Virus record (IMG/VR): IMGVR_UViG_3300025401_000016
Span: 36,828 to 100,827 of that record
DNA length: 64,000 bases
Source of the DNA: a virus
Direction: 5' to 3' (one strand)
Shown: piece by piece, positions 48,824 through 58,879 of the stretch
Numbering within the stretch: position 1 is the stretch's first letter
Layout: each line of letters begins with the position of its first letter
Position numbers and translations under genes: made by a program
Notes under the pieces: generated by a model
The model's input: the letters and a program-made list of their open reading frames with translations, nothing else
Database searches by the model: none
Told to the model about the DNA's origin: nothing

Positions 48824-50872
48824 ATGTCAGCAAATCAAGATAACATTAAATCAGAAGTATACGGCTTTCTAAAAAGTCGCGGATATGACCCTAAACTATT
48901 ATCAACCTCAGGAAAAAGCGTACCTGTTGAATCTGAAGCAGAGGTAATAGGATTTACTTTTACAAAAGACGGGGTAGATTATGGAAATGCATACTGTAGT
49001 TTAGATAACTCAGATGTATTTACAATATATGAAACAGATAAAATTGCAGATAGTCCTAGTGAAGATGAATCCGATGATCTTTCTTGGAGTGATTTGATAG
49101 TTGCATTAAGACAAATGACATTTGGTAAAGTAGATAAATTTAACATAGATCGCATAGATAATTTGGAACACGACATGGCTAAAAGAGAACATACCAAAAA
49201 ACTAGATGAAAGCTATTATGCAATCAATAAAAAATCTAGTTATAGTGACAATATTCCCACTGTAAAAATACATCTTCAACATAGTCGTGCACTTGAAGAG
49301 GGTGAACAACGTTATCGCAATGTTGAAAGAATTTTCATTGAAAATACATTGGGCGAAAGATTTCTAGCTCCTACAAATAAACCCGGTTTAGCAAGAGTAT
49401 ATGCTAGACATATTGCTGAAGGTGGTAAAGTTAATGATGATCGTTGGAATCACATCAGTAGTTTATGTGAAGAATATAGTAAAATGGCAGGATTTGTTCG
49501 TGCCACTCGCAATGGACAGTTTGTTGAGTCCACACAAAAATTAGTTAATGAGGGTATAAATCACTATCAAAAACTACGTGAAACATTACATAAATTAACA
49601 GGTAAAAAAGGTTACAGTACTTATTTTGAAAGTTACACTCCTCCATTAATGGAAGACGAAGAACAAGCTGATTTAAGTGAAATGTTTATGAGTAGTAGCT
49701 TAGACCCACGTATTGAGTGTGTAATGCCTATTCTAAGCAAACTCAGCAAGAATATAACTGAGGACAATATGAAAGAAATTAAATCATTAGAAGAGTGGGC
49801 AGAATCAATCGCAGAAACTCCATTAAAAGAATTTGCACCTGGCGAGAACCCCGGTGGTAATAGTGGTGATGAGTATCTAAGAGCATTAGCGAGTGCTTGG
49901 TATAACCAAGATTTAAGTGCTATTGCAGATCAAGTTAAAAAAGACAAGAATCCAAAGAAAAAGAATATGATGGATCGTGTTATTGATGCACAAGAAGCAG
50001 TAGAAAAAATCCTAAGCCGTGGGGTACATTGTCCTGACGGTAAAGTTAGAAAGTATTATATCGACTATACCGCAGATTTCGACGGCGTAGACATGGTCAG
50101 TCATGATTACTATGAACACTCTGATTATGGTCCTAATGACGAATATGTTGACGGTCGTACTGGTAAACCATGGAGCGTCTACGATCACATAGAATTTAAA
50201 GATAGTGATTTAGATGAGGGTATAAAAGAAGGTAAATATGATGACGAAGATGATGGACTCATTGCTGGTCGCTATACTCCTCAACAATGGGCTAAGATGG
50301 TAAGCAATGTAAAGAAATTAGCACATGCACAGAATGCTAAGAAAATGGCTACAGTTAGTACCAATAAACCAATTGGTACACGTGTAGCTGATATCGGACC
50401 CGGCGGCAAAGAACATAATGTTAAAACAGATGCTGAGTGGGATAAACAAAAAGGTGTGAAGGAAGGCCATGCAGACCAACAACGAAAAATCTTCAAGAAG
50501 AACGGCAAGCCAGTAGGTGAAGTTGGTATTGACCGTGAGTCAAGTCCCGGCAACGGCCAATGGTATATGAAGTGCTATGCTTACAATATAGATAATGCAG
50601 GCTACGATTCATACGAAGAAGCCGTTGAAGAACTAAAATATTGCTTAAAGCAAGGTGTGGCGGAAGAAGTAGATACTGGTGAATATGATGCACGTAAATC
50701 TACCCATAAAGGTAATCCTACTAAAGAACAAGAGAAAAGCTTCCGTGAGAAAGTAAAGCAATATGGTGACGAATTAGAACAACGTCAAAAAGAAAAAGAA
50801 CAAACTGTTAAAGAAGGTTTGAATGAAAATTCTGAGATAATTAGAATTCGTAAATTATCAGGGTTAGTATAA
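48824..50872 (+). CDS. Late protein, putative protease-processed head/core polyprotein
   Basis: CATAAATA upstream of ATG 48824; C-terminal half divided by [LIV]xE motifs; ends IRKLSGLV. Confidence 0.6.
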   Translation: MSANQDNIKSEVYGFLKSRGYDPKLLSTSGKSVPVESEAEVIGFTFTKDGVDYGNAYCSLDNSDVFTIYETDKIADSPSEDESDDLSWSDLIVALRQMTFGKVDKFNIDRIDNLEHDMAKREHTKKLDESYYAINKKSSYSDNIPTVKIHLQHSRALEEGEQRYRNVERIFIENTLGERFLAPTNKPGLARVYARHIAEGGKVNDDRWNHISSLCEEYSKMAGFVRATRNGQFVESTQKLVNEGINHYQKLRETLHKLTGKKGYSTYFESYTPPLMEDEEQADLSEMFMSSSLDPRIECVMPILSKLSKNITEDNMKEIKSLEEWAESIAETPLKEFAPGENPGGNSGDEYLRALASAWYNQDLSAIADQVKKDKNPKKKNMMDRVIDAQEAVEKILSRGVHCPDGKVRKYYIDYTADFDGVDMVSHDYYEHSDYGPNDEYVDGRTGKPWSVYDHIEFKDSDLDEGIKEGKYDDEDDGLIAGRYTPQQWAKMVSNVKKLAHAQNAKKMATVSTNKPIGTRVADIGPGGKEHNVKTDAEWDKQKGVKEGHADQQRKIFKKNGKPVGEVGIDRESSPGNGQWYMKCYAYNIDNAGYDSYEEAVEELKYCLKQGVAEEVDTGEYDARKSTHKGNPTKEQEKSFREKVKQYGDELEQRQKEKEQTVKEGLNENSEIIRIRKLSGLV

Positions 50873-52341
50873 TGCGTGAGTTAATGGATTTAGAATCTTG
50901 GGTTAATAACGTCATCTTAGAAAAAACTTCTAATATGTTAGGTACTCAAATAAAGGGAAAGGCAGATAGACCTTTATCCAGAAAAATAGATATATTATAC
51001 AAAGCAGAAAAGGCACACCCTGAGTTAAGCCCAGAACAAGCGTTGGCATTGTATATGAATGACCAGCTTGTAGATAATGAAAAATTAGATTTTGCACAAA
51101 ACAAAATCATTAATCAACAAAAACGTGATAATGAAAAACTGCGTAGGTCATTACAGGATCTAAGTTCTGAATTACATGACCATGAGCGCCAAGCACAAGA
51201 AACAGATCGTGAAGTTGCAAGATTAAAAGACTTAAGTGCTAAACTAAAACCAGCAGGTGAAATAGCTAGAGTTGCCGCTAAAGCAAACGCTGACCAAGTT
51301 CAATCAATGCTCAAAGATTTAGAGCAAGTAAAAAACAATCCAAAAATTAATGACCAACAATTCAAAGAAATTTCTGACAAAGTAAAACAATTACAAAATT
51401 CAGGTACCGGTAAAGAAGTTGAAAAAACACAAGAAACGTTAAAGGTTCTTGCTAATGCTCAAGAATTAGGTAAAGAACAATATGATAGAGCATTGGATGC
51501 ATTGGAAAAATCATACAGAGAAAACATAGCCAAAGAAAAAAGATTCCAAGCTAGTACTAAAAGAAATGCAGATATGAAAGGTTCTTGGGGTATTAAGTTT
51601 AAAGACTTAAATGACAAGATTAAACAAATAGAAGCCAAAGCTGATTCCGTGAAAGATTTGGATGATTTTTATAATGGCGTATTAGCCAGAGCTGATGATG
51701 TGGAATCTAAAACAGAACAATTAGAAAATACTGCATATCAATTACAAGATCAAGTTGAGCGATTATATGATTTAATTGCCAAAGTTAATAACATAAATCC
51801 TCCTAAATTTAAAATACCACAACATCCTGAAAGTAATATACCTCCGCCTTTATTTCAACAAAATCAAGCGGATAATGAACCAGAAGTTTCAGCCAATGAT
51901 CCAAAAAATGAACCAGAAGTTTCAGCCAATGATCCAAAAACTGATTTAATCAATCAAGAAAAATTGGCAGAAAATGATCCAATGATAACATTTACAGATG
52001 AAGAACCTCAGGGTTATGATAACATGATAGAAAATGCTATTGATGATTTAATACCTTGGTTCGCAAAGGAGTATCCTGAATATATAAACAAATTTCCAGA
52101 AGATCAAATCAGACAAATTATGCGTAGGACCATAGGCGCAGGACTTATGATATATGGTTCTTCCCCTACCAAGGATGAAATTTTTAGATATTTAGAAAGA
52201 GTTATAGTATTACTCAACAGAGAGGCTGGAATAGTAAAAGTGCAGGTACCTGTAAGATATTCAAAACAACAAAAACTGAAATTTCAAGAATCATTATTAC
52301 AGAATTTTTCTAATGATTTGGATAAACTAACTAAAATCTAA
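50872..52341 (+). CDS. Long coiled-coil protein
   Basis: Heptad-rich E/K/Q/L sequence; TAATG-coupled to previous gene. Confidence 0.7.
   Translation: MRELMDLESWVNNVILEKTSNMLGTQIKGKADRPLSRKIDILYKAEKAHPELSPEQALALYMNDQLVDNEKLDFAQNKIINQQKRDNEKLRRSLQDLSSELHDHERQAQETDREVARLKDLSAKLKPAGEIARVAAKANADQVQSMLKDLEQVKNNPKINDQQFKEISDKVKQLQNSGTGKEVEKTQETLKVLANAQELGKEQYDRALDALEKSYRENIAKEKRFQASTKRNADMKGSWGIKFKDLNDKIKQIEAKADSVKDLDDFYNGVLARADDVESKTEQLENTAYQLQDQVERLYDLIAKVNNINPPKFKIPQHPESNIPPPLFQQNQADNEPEVSANDPKNEPEVSANDPKTDLINQEKLAENDPMITFTDEEPQGYDNMIENAIDDLIPWFAKEYPEYINKFPEDQIRQIMRRTIGAGLMIYGSSPTKDEIFRYLERVIVLLNREAGIVKVQVPVRYSKQQKLKFQESLLQNFSNDLDKLTKI
51874..51939 (+). repeat. Perfect 33-bp tandem duplication (NEPEVSANDPK x2)
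   Basis: AATGAACCAGAAGTTTCAGCCAATGATCCAAAA twice. Confidence 0.95.
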
Positions 52342-52497
52342 TTTAACCAAAAATACCCTTAAAAAAGTATATTTACCCACAAAGGTGATAAATACTATTG
52401 ACACTCTGAGAAAGTATGTTATACTCTTTCATGTGTTAGTCACATAATTATGTGTGGCGACTATTAAAAACAAAGACCAACTTAAGGATATTATATT

Positions 52498-53502
52498 ATG
52501 GCATCATTAGCAGAAATTCGTGCACGTATTGCGGCACAAGAAAACAAATCAAACAACACTGGTTCTAACAACCAGCAATCAGATAACTCAATCTACCCCC
52601 ACTGGAATATGGATGAAGGCGCAACAGCGACTATTCGTTTCTTGCCAGATGCAGATCCAAAGAATCAATTCTTTTGGGTAGAAAGACAAATTATCAAACT
52701 TACATTCAATGGTGTAAAAGGTGATCAAAACGTAAAGCAAATTCAAGTACAAGTTCCTTGTATTGAAATGTATGACCCTTCACTTTCTTGCCCAATCTTG
52801 GCAGAAGTTCGTCCATGGTATAAAGACGAATCATTGAAAGAAATGGCTAACAAATATTGGAAGAAACGTAGTTATCTATTTCAAGGTTTTGTTCGTCAAA
52901 ATCCTATTGCAGAAGATAAAACTCCTGCAAATCCAATTCGTAGATTTATCATTAGCCCACAAATTATTCCTCTTATCAAAACAGGTTTGATGGATCCAGA
53001 GCTACTAGATTTACCAACAGACTATACTAAAGGTCTTGACTTTGTTATTCGTAAAACAAGCAAAGGTGGTTATGCTGATTATGGTACGAGCGGTTTTGCA
53101 CGCCGTGAATCAGCACTAACAGATGCAGAACAATCAGCAATTGATAGTTTTGGTTTGTATAACCTATCTGACTTTTTGCCAAAGCGTCCTGGTGATGCTG
53201 AATTGCGCATTATGAAAGAAATGTTTGAAGCATCAGTAGATGGTCAACCATATGACTTAGAGCGTTGGGGCAATTATTATCGTCCATATGGTCTAGCAGC
53301 ACCAGAAGGTGTAACAACAGATAAACAAACAAGTGTAAATGATTCACATAATATATCTACACCTGTAAATACACCTGTGATGGATGATGAACCAGAAGCA
53401 ACTACATCTCCAGTTGTAGTTCCTAAAGCAGCGGTTAGTACAGATAAAGCACAAGACATTCTAGCAATGATTCGTGCAAGAAGTGCTAAAACACAAGCCT
53501 AA
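52498..53502 (+). CDS. T4 gp32-like single-stranded DNA-binding protein
   Basis: TIRFLPD, PC...CPI, YWKKRSY, DYTKGLDF..KTSKGGYADY; position before UvsX. Confidence 0.85.
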   Translation: MASLAEIRARIAAQENKSNNTGSNNQQSDNSIYPHWNMDEGATATIRFLPDADPKNQFFWVERQIIKLTFNGVKGDQNVKQIQVQVPCIEMYDPSLSCPILAEVRPWYKDESLKEMANKYWKKRSYLFQGFVRQNPIAEDKTPANPIRRFIISPQIIPLIKTGLMDPELLDLPTDYTKGLDFVIRKTSKGGYADYGTSGFARRESALTDAEQSAIDSFGLYNLSDFLPKRPGDAELRIMKEMFEASVDGQPYDLERWGNYYRPYGLAAPEGVTTDKQTSVNDSHNISTPVNTPVMDDEPEATTSPVVVPKAAVSTDKAQDILAMIRARSAKTQA

Positions 53503-53509
53503 TAGGAAA

Positions 53510-53534
53510 ATAGGGAACAACAGTTCCCTATCTT
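53510..53534 (+). terminator. Stem-loop/terminator after SSB gene
   Basis: ATAGGGAAC-AACA-GTTCCCTAT. Confidence 0.6.
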
Positions 53535-53548
53535 AAGGAGATCAACAT

Positions 53549-53779
53549 ATGACAATGCCAGACGAAAGATACCGTGCCATTAAGCAAGGTAAAAAACTAT
53601 TAGAAGAACTATGTGATCCTGGTAAAACACCTAGGGTACCAAGCATAGTACGTGACAGGGCAAGAGGTGCACTACGTCATTATCCAAGCGATTATGATTT
53701 GGATGTCATGGCCACACAATGTCCCGATCTACTAGACAAACAACCATTTAGTGTGTACACTAACAATGTGCACAGATGA
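53549..53779 (+). CDS. Small conserved protein (BPSL0761-like)
   Basis: MTMPDERYRA...RARGALRHYP. Confidence 0.6.
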   Translation: MTMPDERYRAIKQGKKLLEELCDPGKTPRVPSIVRDRARGALRHYPSDYDLDVMATQCPDLLDKQPFSVYTNNVHR

Positions 53780-53803
53780 TACATACAAACAAGAGAGAAA
53801 TAG

Positions 53804-54865
53804 ATGAAACCGTTCGATATAGGTAAATTTAGAAAAGAAATAACAAAGAGCATTGAAGGACTAAGCATTGGATTTAACGACCCCACTGATTGGATATCTA
53901 CAGGAAATTTTGCACTTAATTATCTTATTAGTGGTGATTTCAACAAAGGCGTGCCTTTGGGTAAAGTTACTGTATTTGCTGGAGAAAGCGGTAGTGGAAA
54001 AAGCTTTATTTGTTCAGGAAATCTTGTACGACATGCACAAGAACAAGGAATCTATGTGGTGCTCATTGATTCGGAGAATGCGTTAGACGAAAAATGGCTA
54101 CATGCATTGGGAGTAGATACAGATGAAAGTAAATTGTTAAAATTGAATATGGCTATGATTGATGATGTAGCAAAAACAATTACAAAATTTGTATCAGACT
54201 ACAAAGCAATGCCGCAAGAAGATCGTCCTAAAGTATTATTCATTATTGATAGCTTAGGTATGATGTTAACACCTACTGATGTGAATCAATTTGAATCAGG
54301 TGATATGAAAGGTGACATGGGTCGTAAGCCCAAAGCACTAGCCGCGCTTGTTCGTAATTGCGTTAACATGTTTGGTAATTTGAACATTGGACTAGTTGCA
54401 ACCAATCACACATATGCAAGTCAAGATATGTTTGATCCTGATGATAAAATTTCAGGTGGACAAGGCTTTATCTATGCAAGTAGCATTGTAGTTGCTATGA
54501 AGAAATTGAAACTAAAAGAAGACGAAGATGGTAACAAAGTAAGTGAAGTACGTGGTATTCGTAGTGCATGTAAGATTATGAAAACACGTTATGCTAAACC
54601 CTTTGAAAGTGTGCAAGTTAAGATTCCGTATGAAACAGGTATGAGTCCTTACTCAGGTTTGTTAGATATGATTGAGAAGGCTGAGCTTGTTAAAAAAGAA
54701 GGAAACAGTTTAGTGTACACAACACTAGATGGTGAAATCATTAAGAAGTTTCGCAAAGCATGGGAAGCAAATACAGATGGTTGTCTAGACAAGGTTATGG
54801 CTGAATATGGTCAAAGAGTAAATCCAGTTACAACCACCGAAGAAGTAGCAGAAGAGGTAAATTAA
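53804..54865 (+). CDS. uvsX: UvsX/RecA-like recombinase
   Basis: GESGSGKS, IDSENA, IIDSLG, TNHTY, SGGQG. Confidence 0.93.
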   Translation: MKPFDIGKFRKEITKSIEGLSIGFNDPTDWISTGNFALNYLISGDFNKGVPLGKVTVFAGESGSGKSFICSGNLVRHAQEQGIYVVLIDSENALDEKWLHALGVDTDESKLLKLNMAMIDDVAKTITKFVSDYKAMPQEDRPKVLFIIDSLGMMLTPTDVNQFESGDMKGDMGRKPKALAALVRNCVNMFGNLNIGLVATNHTYASQDMFDPDDKISGGQGFIYASSIVVAMKKLKLKEDEDGNKVSEVRGIRSACKIMKTRYAKPFESVQVKIPYETGMSPYSGLLDMIEKAELVKKEGNSLVYTTLDGEIIKKFRKAWEANTDGCLDKVMAEYGQRVNPVTTTEEVAEEVN

Positions 54866-54866
54866 A

Positions 54867-55121
54867 ATGAATGACTTGAGTTTTGTAGCAGAAGTATGGG
54901 ATACATTAAGAACGCATATTGATTTAAATGATCGTGATGATGCAGCTGATTCATTAATTACATTACTAATTGAAAACAACTATGAGCCAGATGATATCAA
55001 GGATGCTTTTCGCGGTGACAAAGATATTGGCATTGCACTAAAATATTATGCAGATCAGCATGATGTTGAAGAAGATTATGATGAAGAAGATGATTTGGAC
55101 CATGACGAAGATTGGAACTAA
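54867..55121 (+). CDS. Acidic hypothetical protein
   Basis: 84 aa, D/E-rich tail. Confidence 0.7.
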   Translation: MNDLSFVAEVWDTLRTHIDLNDRDDAADSLITLLIENNYEPDDIKDAFRGDKDIGIALKYYADQHDVEEDYDEEDDLDHDEDWN

Positions 55122-55580
55122 ATGTCTAATTGGTATACAAGGGTTAGCGGTGACTTATCGCTAATACCTGACTTCATTACTTACTATGAATCAGAATTGG
55201 CATTAGCTAAAAAAGATGTAAGTATACATGGCAATCTTGAAAAGAATATATCATCATTGCCGGGTATAACTGAACAACGATTTTATCAATTGCAAGAGAT
55301 TGAGGCTGTACTTAATTATCTCAATATTCAATTAAGAAAGATTCGTAGAAAATGGTTTCAAAAATATCTAGAAGCATATAATAGGCAACTTACCAGCCGT
55401 GATGCTGAAAAATATGTAGATGGTGAACAAGAAGTGATTGATTACGAAACTCTAATCAATGAAGTAGCATTATTGCGTAATCGTTGGTTAGGTATCATGA
55501 AAGGTCTAGAGAGTAAGAATTTTATGTTAGGTCATAATGTAAGATTAAGAACTGCTGGGATGGAAGATATAACACTATGA
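55122..55580 (+). CDS. uvsY: UvsY-like recombination mediator
   Basis: Helical 152 aa, RDAEKYVDGE, C-terminal VRLRTAG; adjacent to UvsX. Confidence 0.7.
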   Translation: MSNWYTRVSGDLSLIPDFITYYESELALAKKDVSIHGNLEKNISSLPGITEQRFYQLQEIEAVLNYLNIQLRKIRRKWFQKYLEAYNRQLTSRDAEKYVDGEQEVIDYETLINEVALLRNRWLGIMKGLESKNFMLGHNVRLRTAGMEDITL

Positions 55581-56389
55581 GTATAACAATGAATTCACAA
55601 GGTATGGGTCTCAGTATCAGTAATGGTATTACATTATCTAGCCCGTCAACCAACCCCTTTAATTCTGGTATGATATTTTCATCACTAAACAGTGGATTGT
55701 TTACCAGTACTTATTCAAATCAAAGTAACGAGAATTATAAAAAATATGAAATATATGATTTGAATGAAGATTTATTAGTACTAAGTTGTGTGGCAAAAAG
55801 ATTAAGAGAAACTAAACAAATTTATGCTCCAAATGATAACTATTTACTAGATCCTATGTTCTTTAGGGAAGTTTCAACCGAAGATAGAAACAAAGCTGAA
55901 ATCATAAGAGATTACTATAGTAAAAAAATTATGATGTTAAAGCTTAAAGGAACAAAACTCACACACTTTAGAGAAGACTTGAACAAGTTTATACATGGTG
56001 ATGGAACTAAAGTAACTGAAGATTTGTTTCAGTTAGTATATAGACTGCCTGAATTTTATGAGTATGATACTGGCTTTGAAGATATCTACAGAAATAGTGA
56101 ATGTGAACTAAAGATAAAGACCCCACCCACTATAGAAAGTTTCATACTAAAACCAATTGGTAAACTGAATAAAAAAACAAAAGCAAACAAAACAACAGAG
56201 TATTGGTTCAAAACAGACTATAATGCACTAGCAATGGTAGCAGTATACCCTAAAAATGAGTTACTTTCTATTTGGGATCGACTTTTTGAAACTAAAAGTA
56301 CTATGAAAATCAAAGGTAAATCCTTTGTTAAACACATTGATGAAAATGAATACTTAAGTATTAAAAAGTGGGAATTAACCGAAATTTGA
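55577..56389 (+). CDS. Hypothetical protein
   Basis: 270-aa coupled ORF. Confidence 0.7.
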   Translation: MSITMNSQGMGLSISNGITLSSPSTNPFNSGMIFSSLNSGLFTSTYSNQSNENYKKYEIYDLNEDLLVLSCVAKRLRETKQIYAPNDNYLLDPMFFREVSTEDRNKAEIIRDYYSKKIMMLKLKGTKLTHFREDLNKFIHGDGTKVTEDLFQLVYRLPEFYEYDTGFEDIYRNSECELKIKTPPTIESFILKPIGKLNKKTKANKTTEYWFKTDYNALAMVAVYPKNELLSIWDRLFETKSTMKIKGKSFVKHIDENEYLSIKKWELTEI

Positions 56390-56414
56390 CAATAAATCAC
56401 ATTGGCTATATAAT
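56386..56414 (+). promoter_or_regulatory. Early sigma70-type promoter
   Basis: TTGACA-N17-TATAAT followed by ACATGTATTGATT. Confidence 0.85.
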
Positions 56415-56444
56415 ACATGTATTGATTGATTAAAGGAGTTGAAC

Positions 56445-56648
56445 ATGTCAAAAGTAGCAAATCAGTATGAATTTAAAACTGCATTAAATGAGTTTGATGT
56501 GGCATCATTAGAAAAATATAGCTATGCATTTACTGCAGGTTACTATAATTCTTTGTTAGATGCTATGTTCAAGGAACTTCCTGCTACAAAGCAAAAGTTG
56601 TTTTTGAATCAAATTACAAGAAGTGTTGTATCTTTACAACAAGAATAA
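56445..56648 (+). CDS. Small early hypothetical protein
   Basis: AAGGAG SD; YSYAFTAGYYNSLL. Confidence 0.65.
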   Translation: MSKVANQYEFKTALNEFDVASLEKYSYAFTAGYYNSLLDAMFKELPATKQKLFLNQITRSVVSLQQE

Positions 56649-56649
56649 T

Positions 56650-56678
56650 TTGACAATAAAACGGTTCTTTGCTATAAT
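56650..56678 (+). promoter_or_regulatory. Early sigma70-type promoter
   Basis: TTGACA-N17-TATAAT followed by ACTTGTATTGATT. Confidence 0.85.
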
Positions 56679-56712
56679 ACTTGTATTGATTAACAAACAC
56701 AGGAGCTTTTTG

Positions 56713-57744
56713 ATGACTACAGTTTCAGTTAAATTTGGTGAGTATCGCAATCAAGCAGTTGTTAACAAAAGTTTTACCTTAGTTAAAGGGTTTCAAACAG
56801 GTAAAAAAGGTGCGTATATTACAGTCAAAAATGAAGGTAATTTTCCGCAAGTTGATATTGAAAATGTAAAAATCAAAGTAAACAGTATACATGACATTGA
56901 ATTTAAAGAAGGGGTAGATATGACACAGACAGTTGAATTTAAAGCAAAGACAGCAACAGTTACAGAAACTGATGAGCAAGCAATGGACCGTATTGCAACA
57001 CGATTTGCAGTATTGGATGAAATGTCAAAAGCGGCCATTAATGGTGACATTCGTGCTATGATTGTATCAGGCCCTCCTGGTGTAGGTAAGAGTTATGGTG
57101 TAGAGTTACAATTGGAAAAAGCAAGTATGTTTGACAAGCTTGCAGGTAAGAAAGTGCGTTTTACAATTGTAAAAGGTGCAATGACTGCTCTTGGATTGTA
57201 TGCACAATTGTATAGATATTCCGATAGTAAAAATGTGTTAGTGTTTGATGACTGTGATTCAGTTTTTCAAGATGATTTGGCATTGAACATTCTTAAGGCT
57301 GCCCTTGATTCAGGTAAGCGTAGAAAGATTTGCTGGAATAGTGATTCACGACTATTGAGACAAGAAGGTATCCCTGATAGTTTCAACTTCAATGGTAGTG
57401 CTGTGTTCATTACAAACTTGAAATTCTCAAGTATTAAAAGCAAGAAATTGCAAGATCACTTGGAGGCACTTGAGTCACGTTGTCACTTCTTAGATTTGAC
57501 AATTGATAGTGAGCGTGACAAGTTGTTGCGTATTAAGCAAGTGCATAGGGATGCTGACGGTGGTTTGTTCAAAGACTATGATTTTGATGGTAATCAACCT
57601 CAAGAAATCTTAGAGTTCATGGAACAAAATTTACCTAGACTACGTGAATTAAGTTTGCGTATGTGTTTGAAAATTGCAGACTTAGTTAAGATTAGCCCTA
57701 CTAACTGGAAAAATCTTGCAGTTAGTACTTGCATGACTAGATAA
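56713..57744 (+). CDS. AAA+ family ATPase
   Basis: GPPGVGKS, LVFDDCD, FITN, ALESR; start at ATG after AGGAG. Confidence 0.85.
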   Translation: MTTVSVKFGEYRNQAVVNKSFTLVKGFQTGKKGAYITVKNEGNFPQVDIENVKIKVNSIHDIEFKEGVDMTQTVEFKAKTATVTETDEQAMDRIATRFAVLDEMSKAAINGDIRAMIVSGPPGVGKSYGVELQLEKASMFDKLAGKKVRFTIVKGAMTALGLYAQLYRYSDSKNVLVFDDCDSVFQDDLALNILKAALDSGKRRKICWNSDSRLLRQEGIPDSFNFNGSAVFITNLKFSSIKSKKLQDHLEALESRCHFLDLTIDSERDKLLRIKQVHRDADGGLFKDYDFDGNQPQEILEFMEQNLPRLRELSLRMCLKIADLVKISPTNWKNLAVSTCMTR

Positions 57745-57768
57745 CTTACTCTCTCCAAAAAGAGTTTT

Positions 57769-57794
57769 ATAGGGACTTCGGTCCCTATTTTTTT
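57769..57794 (+). terminator. Intrinsic terminator
   Basis: ATAGGGAC-TTCG-GTCCCTAT followed by T-run. Confidence 0.85.
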
Positions 57795-57838
57795 ACCTAT
57801 ATGCTTGAAATACTTATTTTTTATGTTATAATGTTTGT

Positions 57839-58879
57839 ATGAAACCTAGTACTAAAGAACAACTTATATTTTATATGTCTAATAAACTTAGTTTAGGTAC
57901 GTATGATAAAAAGTTTATAAATAATATCCTTGGTAAACAACATATTACTACCAATCAAGCAACCTTGTTGGATAAGATTATTATACGTTATCATAAGCAA
58001 TTTTTAAAAAATGAATTGAATAGTGAAGAACTAGTAAAACTGCCTTGGGCAAAAGATCCTATACAAAGTTTACCTGAATATACTGAAAGTTATATATCTA
58101 TACAAGAAGATACTATAATTTTAAAAACTCCCTATAATGCTAGCTATGTAAAAGAAATTAAAAAATTACCCTATACACTTACATGGAATAAGACAGATAC
58201 TGATAAGTATTGGTCGGTTGTATTCTGTACTGAAACATTGAAACAAGTTATAGATATTACAGAAAAGCATTATAGCAAAATTAACTATTGTGAAAAGACC
58301 AAAGAAATTATTAACTATCTTTCTTACTTTGAAGATTGTAAGTATTGGAATCCAACACTAGTTTATAGAAATGATAGATACATGTTGTTTGCAGCAAATG
58401 AACCTTTGTACAATAGATTAACTGATGAATTGAATAACATAGATATACTTGCTATATCAAGGTTGGTAATGTTTGGCGTAAGTATGGATGAAAGTGTTAA
58501 ACTGCACCTAGTAGATTTATTAAAAGATGAAGAAAAGGTAAACTTTATACTTTCGGCAAATGTCGATATAGACATACATGAGTTGCCCTTGCTATTTGAA
58601 AATCTTTCTGTCATTCAAAGCGATTTTGTAATTTTGGGTCCAACCATAACTCGCAAACTAAGTGTAAAAGAAAAAATAAAAAATAAACTTGTTGAAAAAA
58701 ATATTTCTTTTGCTTGGTTAGAGTCTAAGACTATAGCAGAAAGTCACAAAATAAATATCTCTGATTATAAATCAGTAGTATTCTTAGATTTTGGTATCTC
58801 TACTTTTGTAAACTCACCTATACAAGTACCATGGTCTAAACATATTAGACTTGTCAACAACACACCAATACAATTATGA
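57839..58879 (+). CDS. Hypothetical protein
   Basis: 346-aa ORF coupled to the helicase. Confidence 0.7.
   Translation: MKPSTKEQLIFYMSNKLSLGTYDKKFINNILGKQHITTNQATLLDKIIIRYHKQFLKNELNSEELVKLPWAKDPIQSLPEYTESYISIQEDTIILKTPYNASYVKEIKKLPYTLTWNKTDTDKYWSVVFCTETLKQVIDITEKHYSKINYCEKTKEIINYLSYFEDCKYWNPTLVYRNDRYMLFAANEPLYNRLTDELNNIDILAISRLVMFGVSMDESVKLHLVDLLKDEEKVNFILSANVDIDIHELPLLFENLSVIQSDFVILGPTITRKLSVKEKIKNKLVEKNISFAWLESKTIAESHKINISDYKSVVFLDFGISTFVNSPIQVPWSKHIRLVNNTPIQL

Noticed and set aside
51874-51939. 33-bp direct repeat as a CRISPR-like array
   Set aside because: Two abutting in-frame copies with no spacer, in a disordered coding linker.
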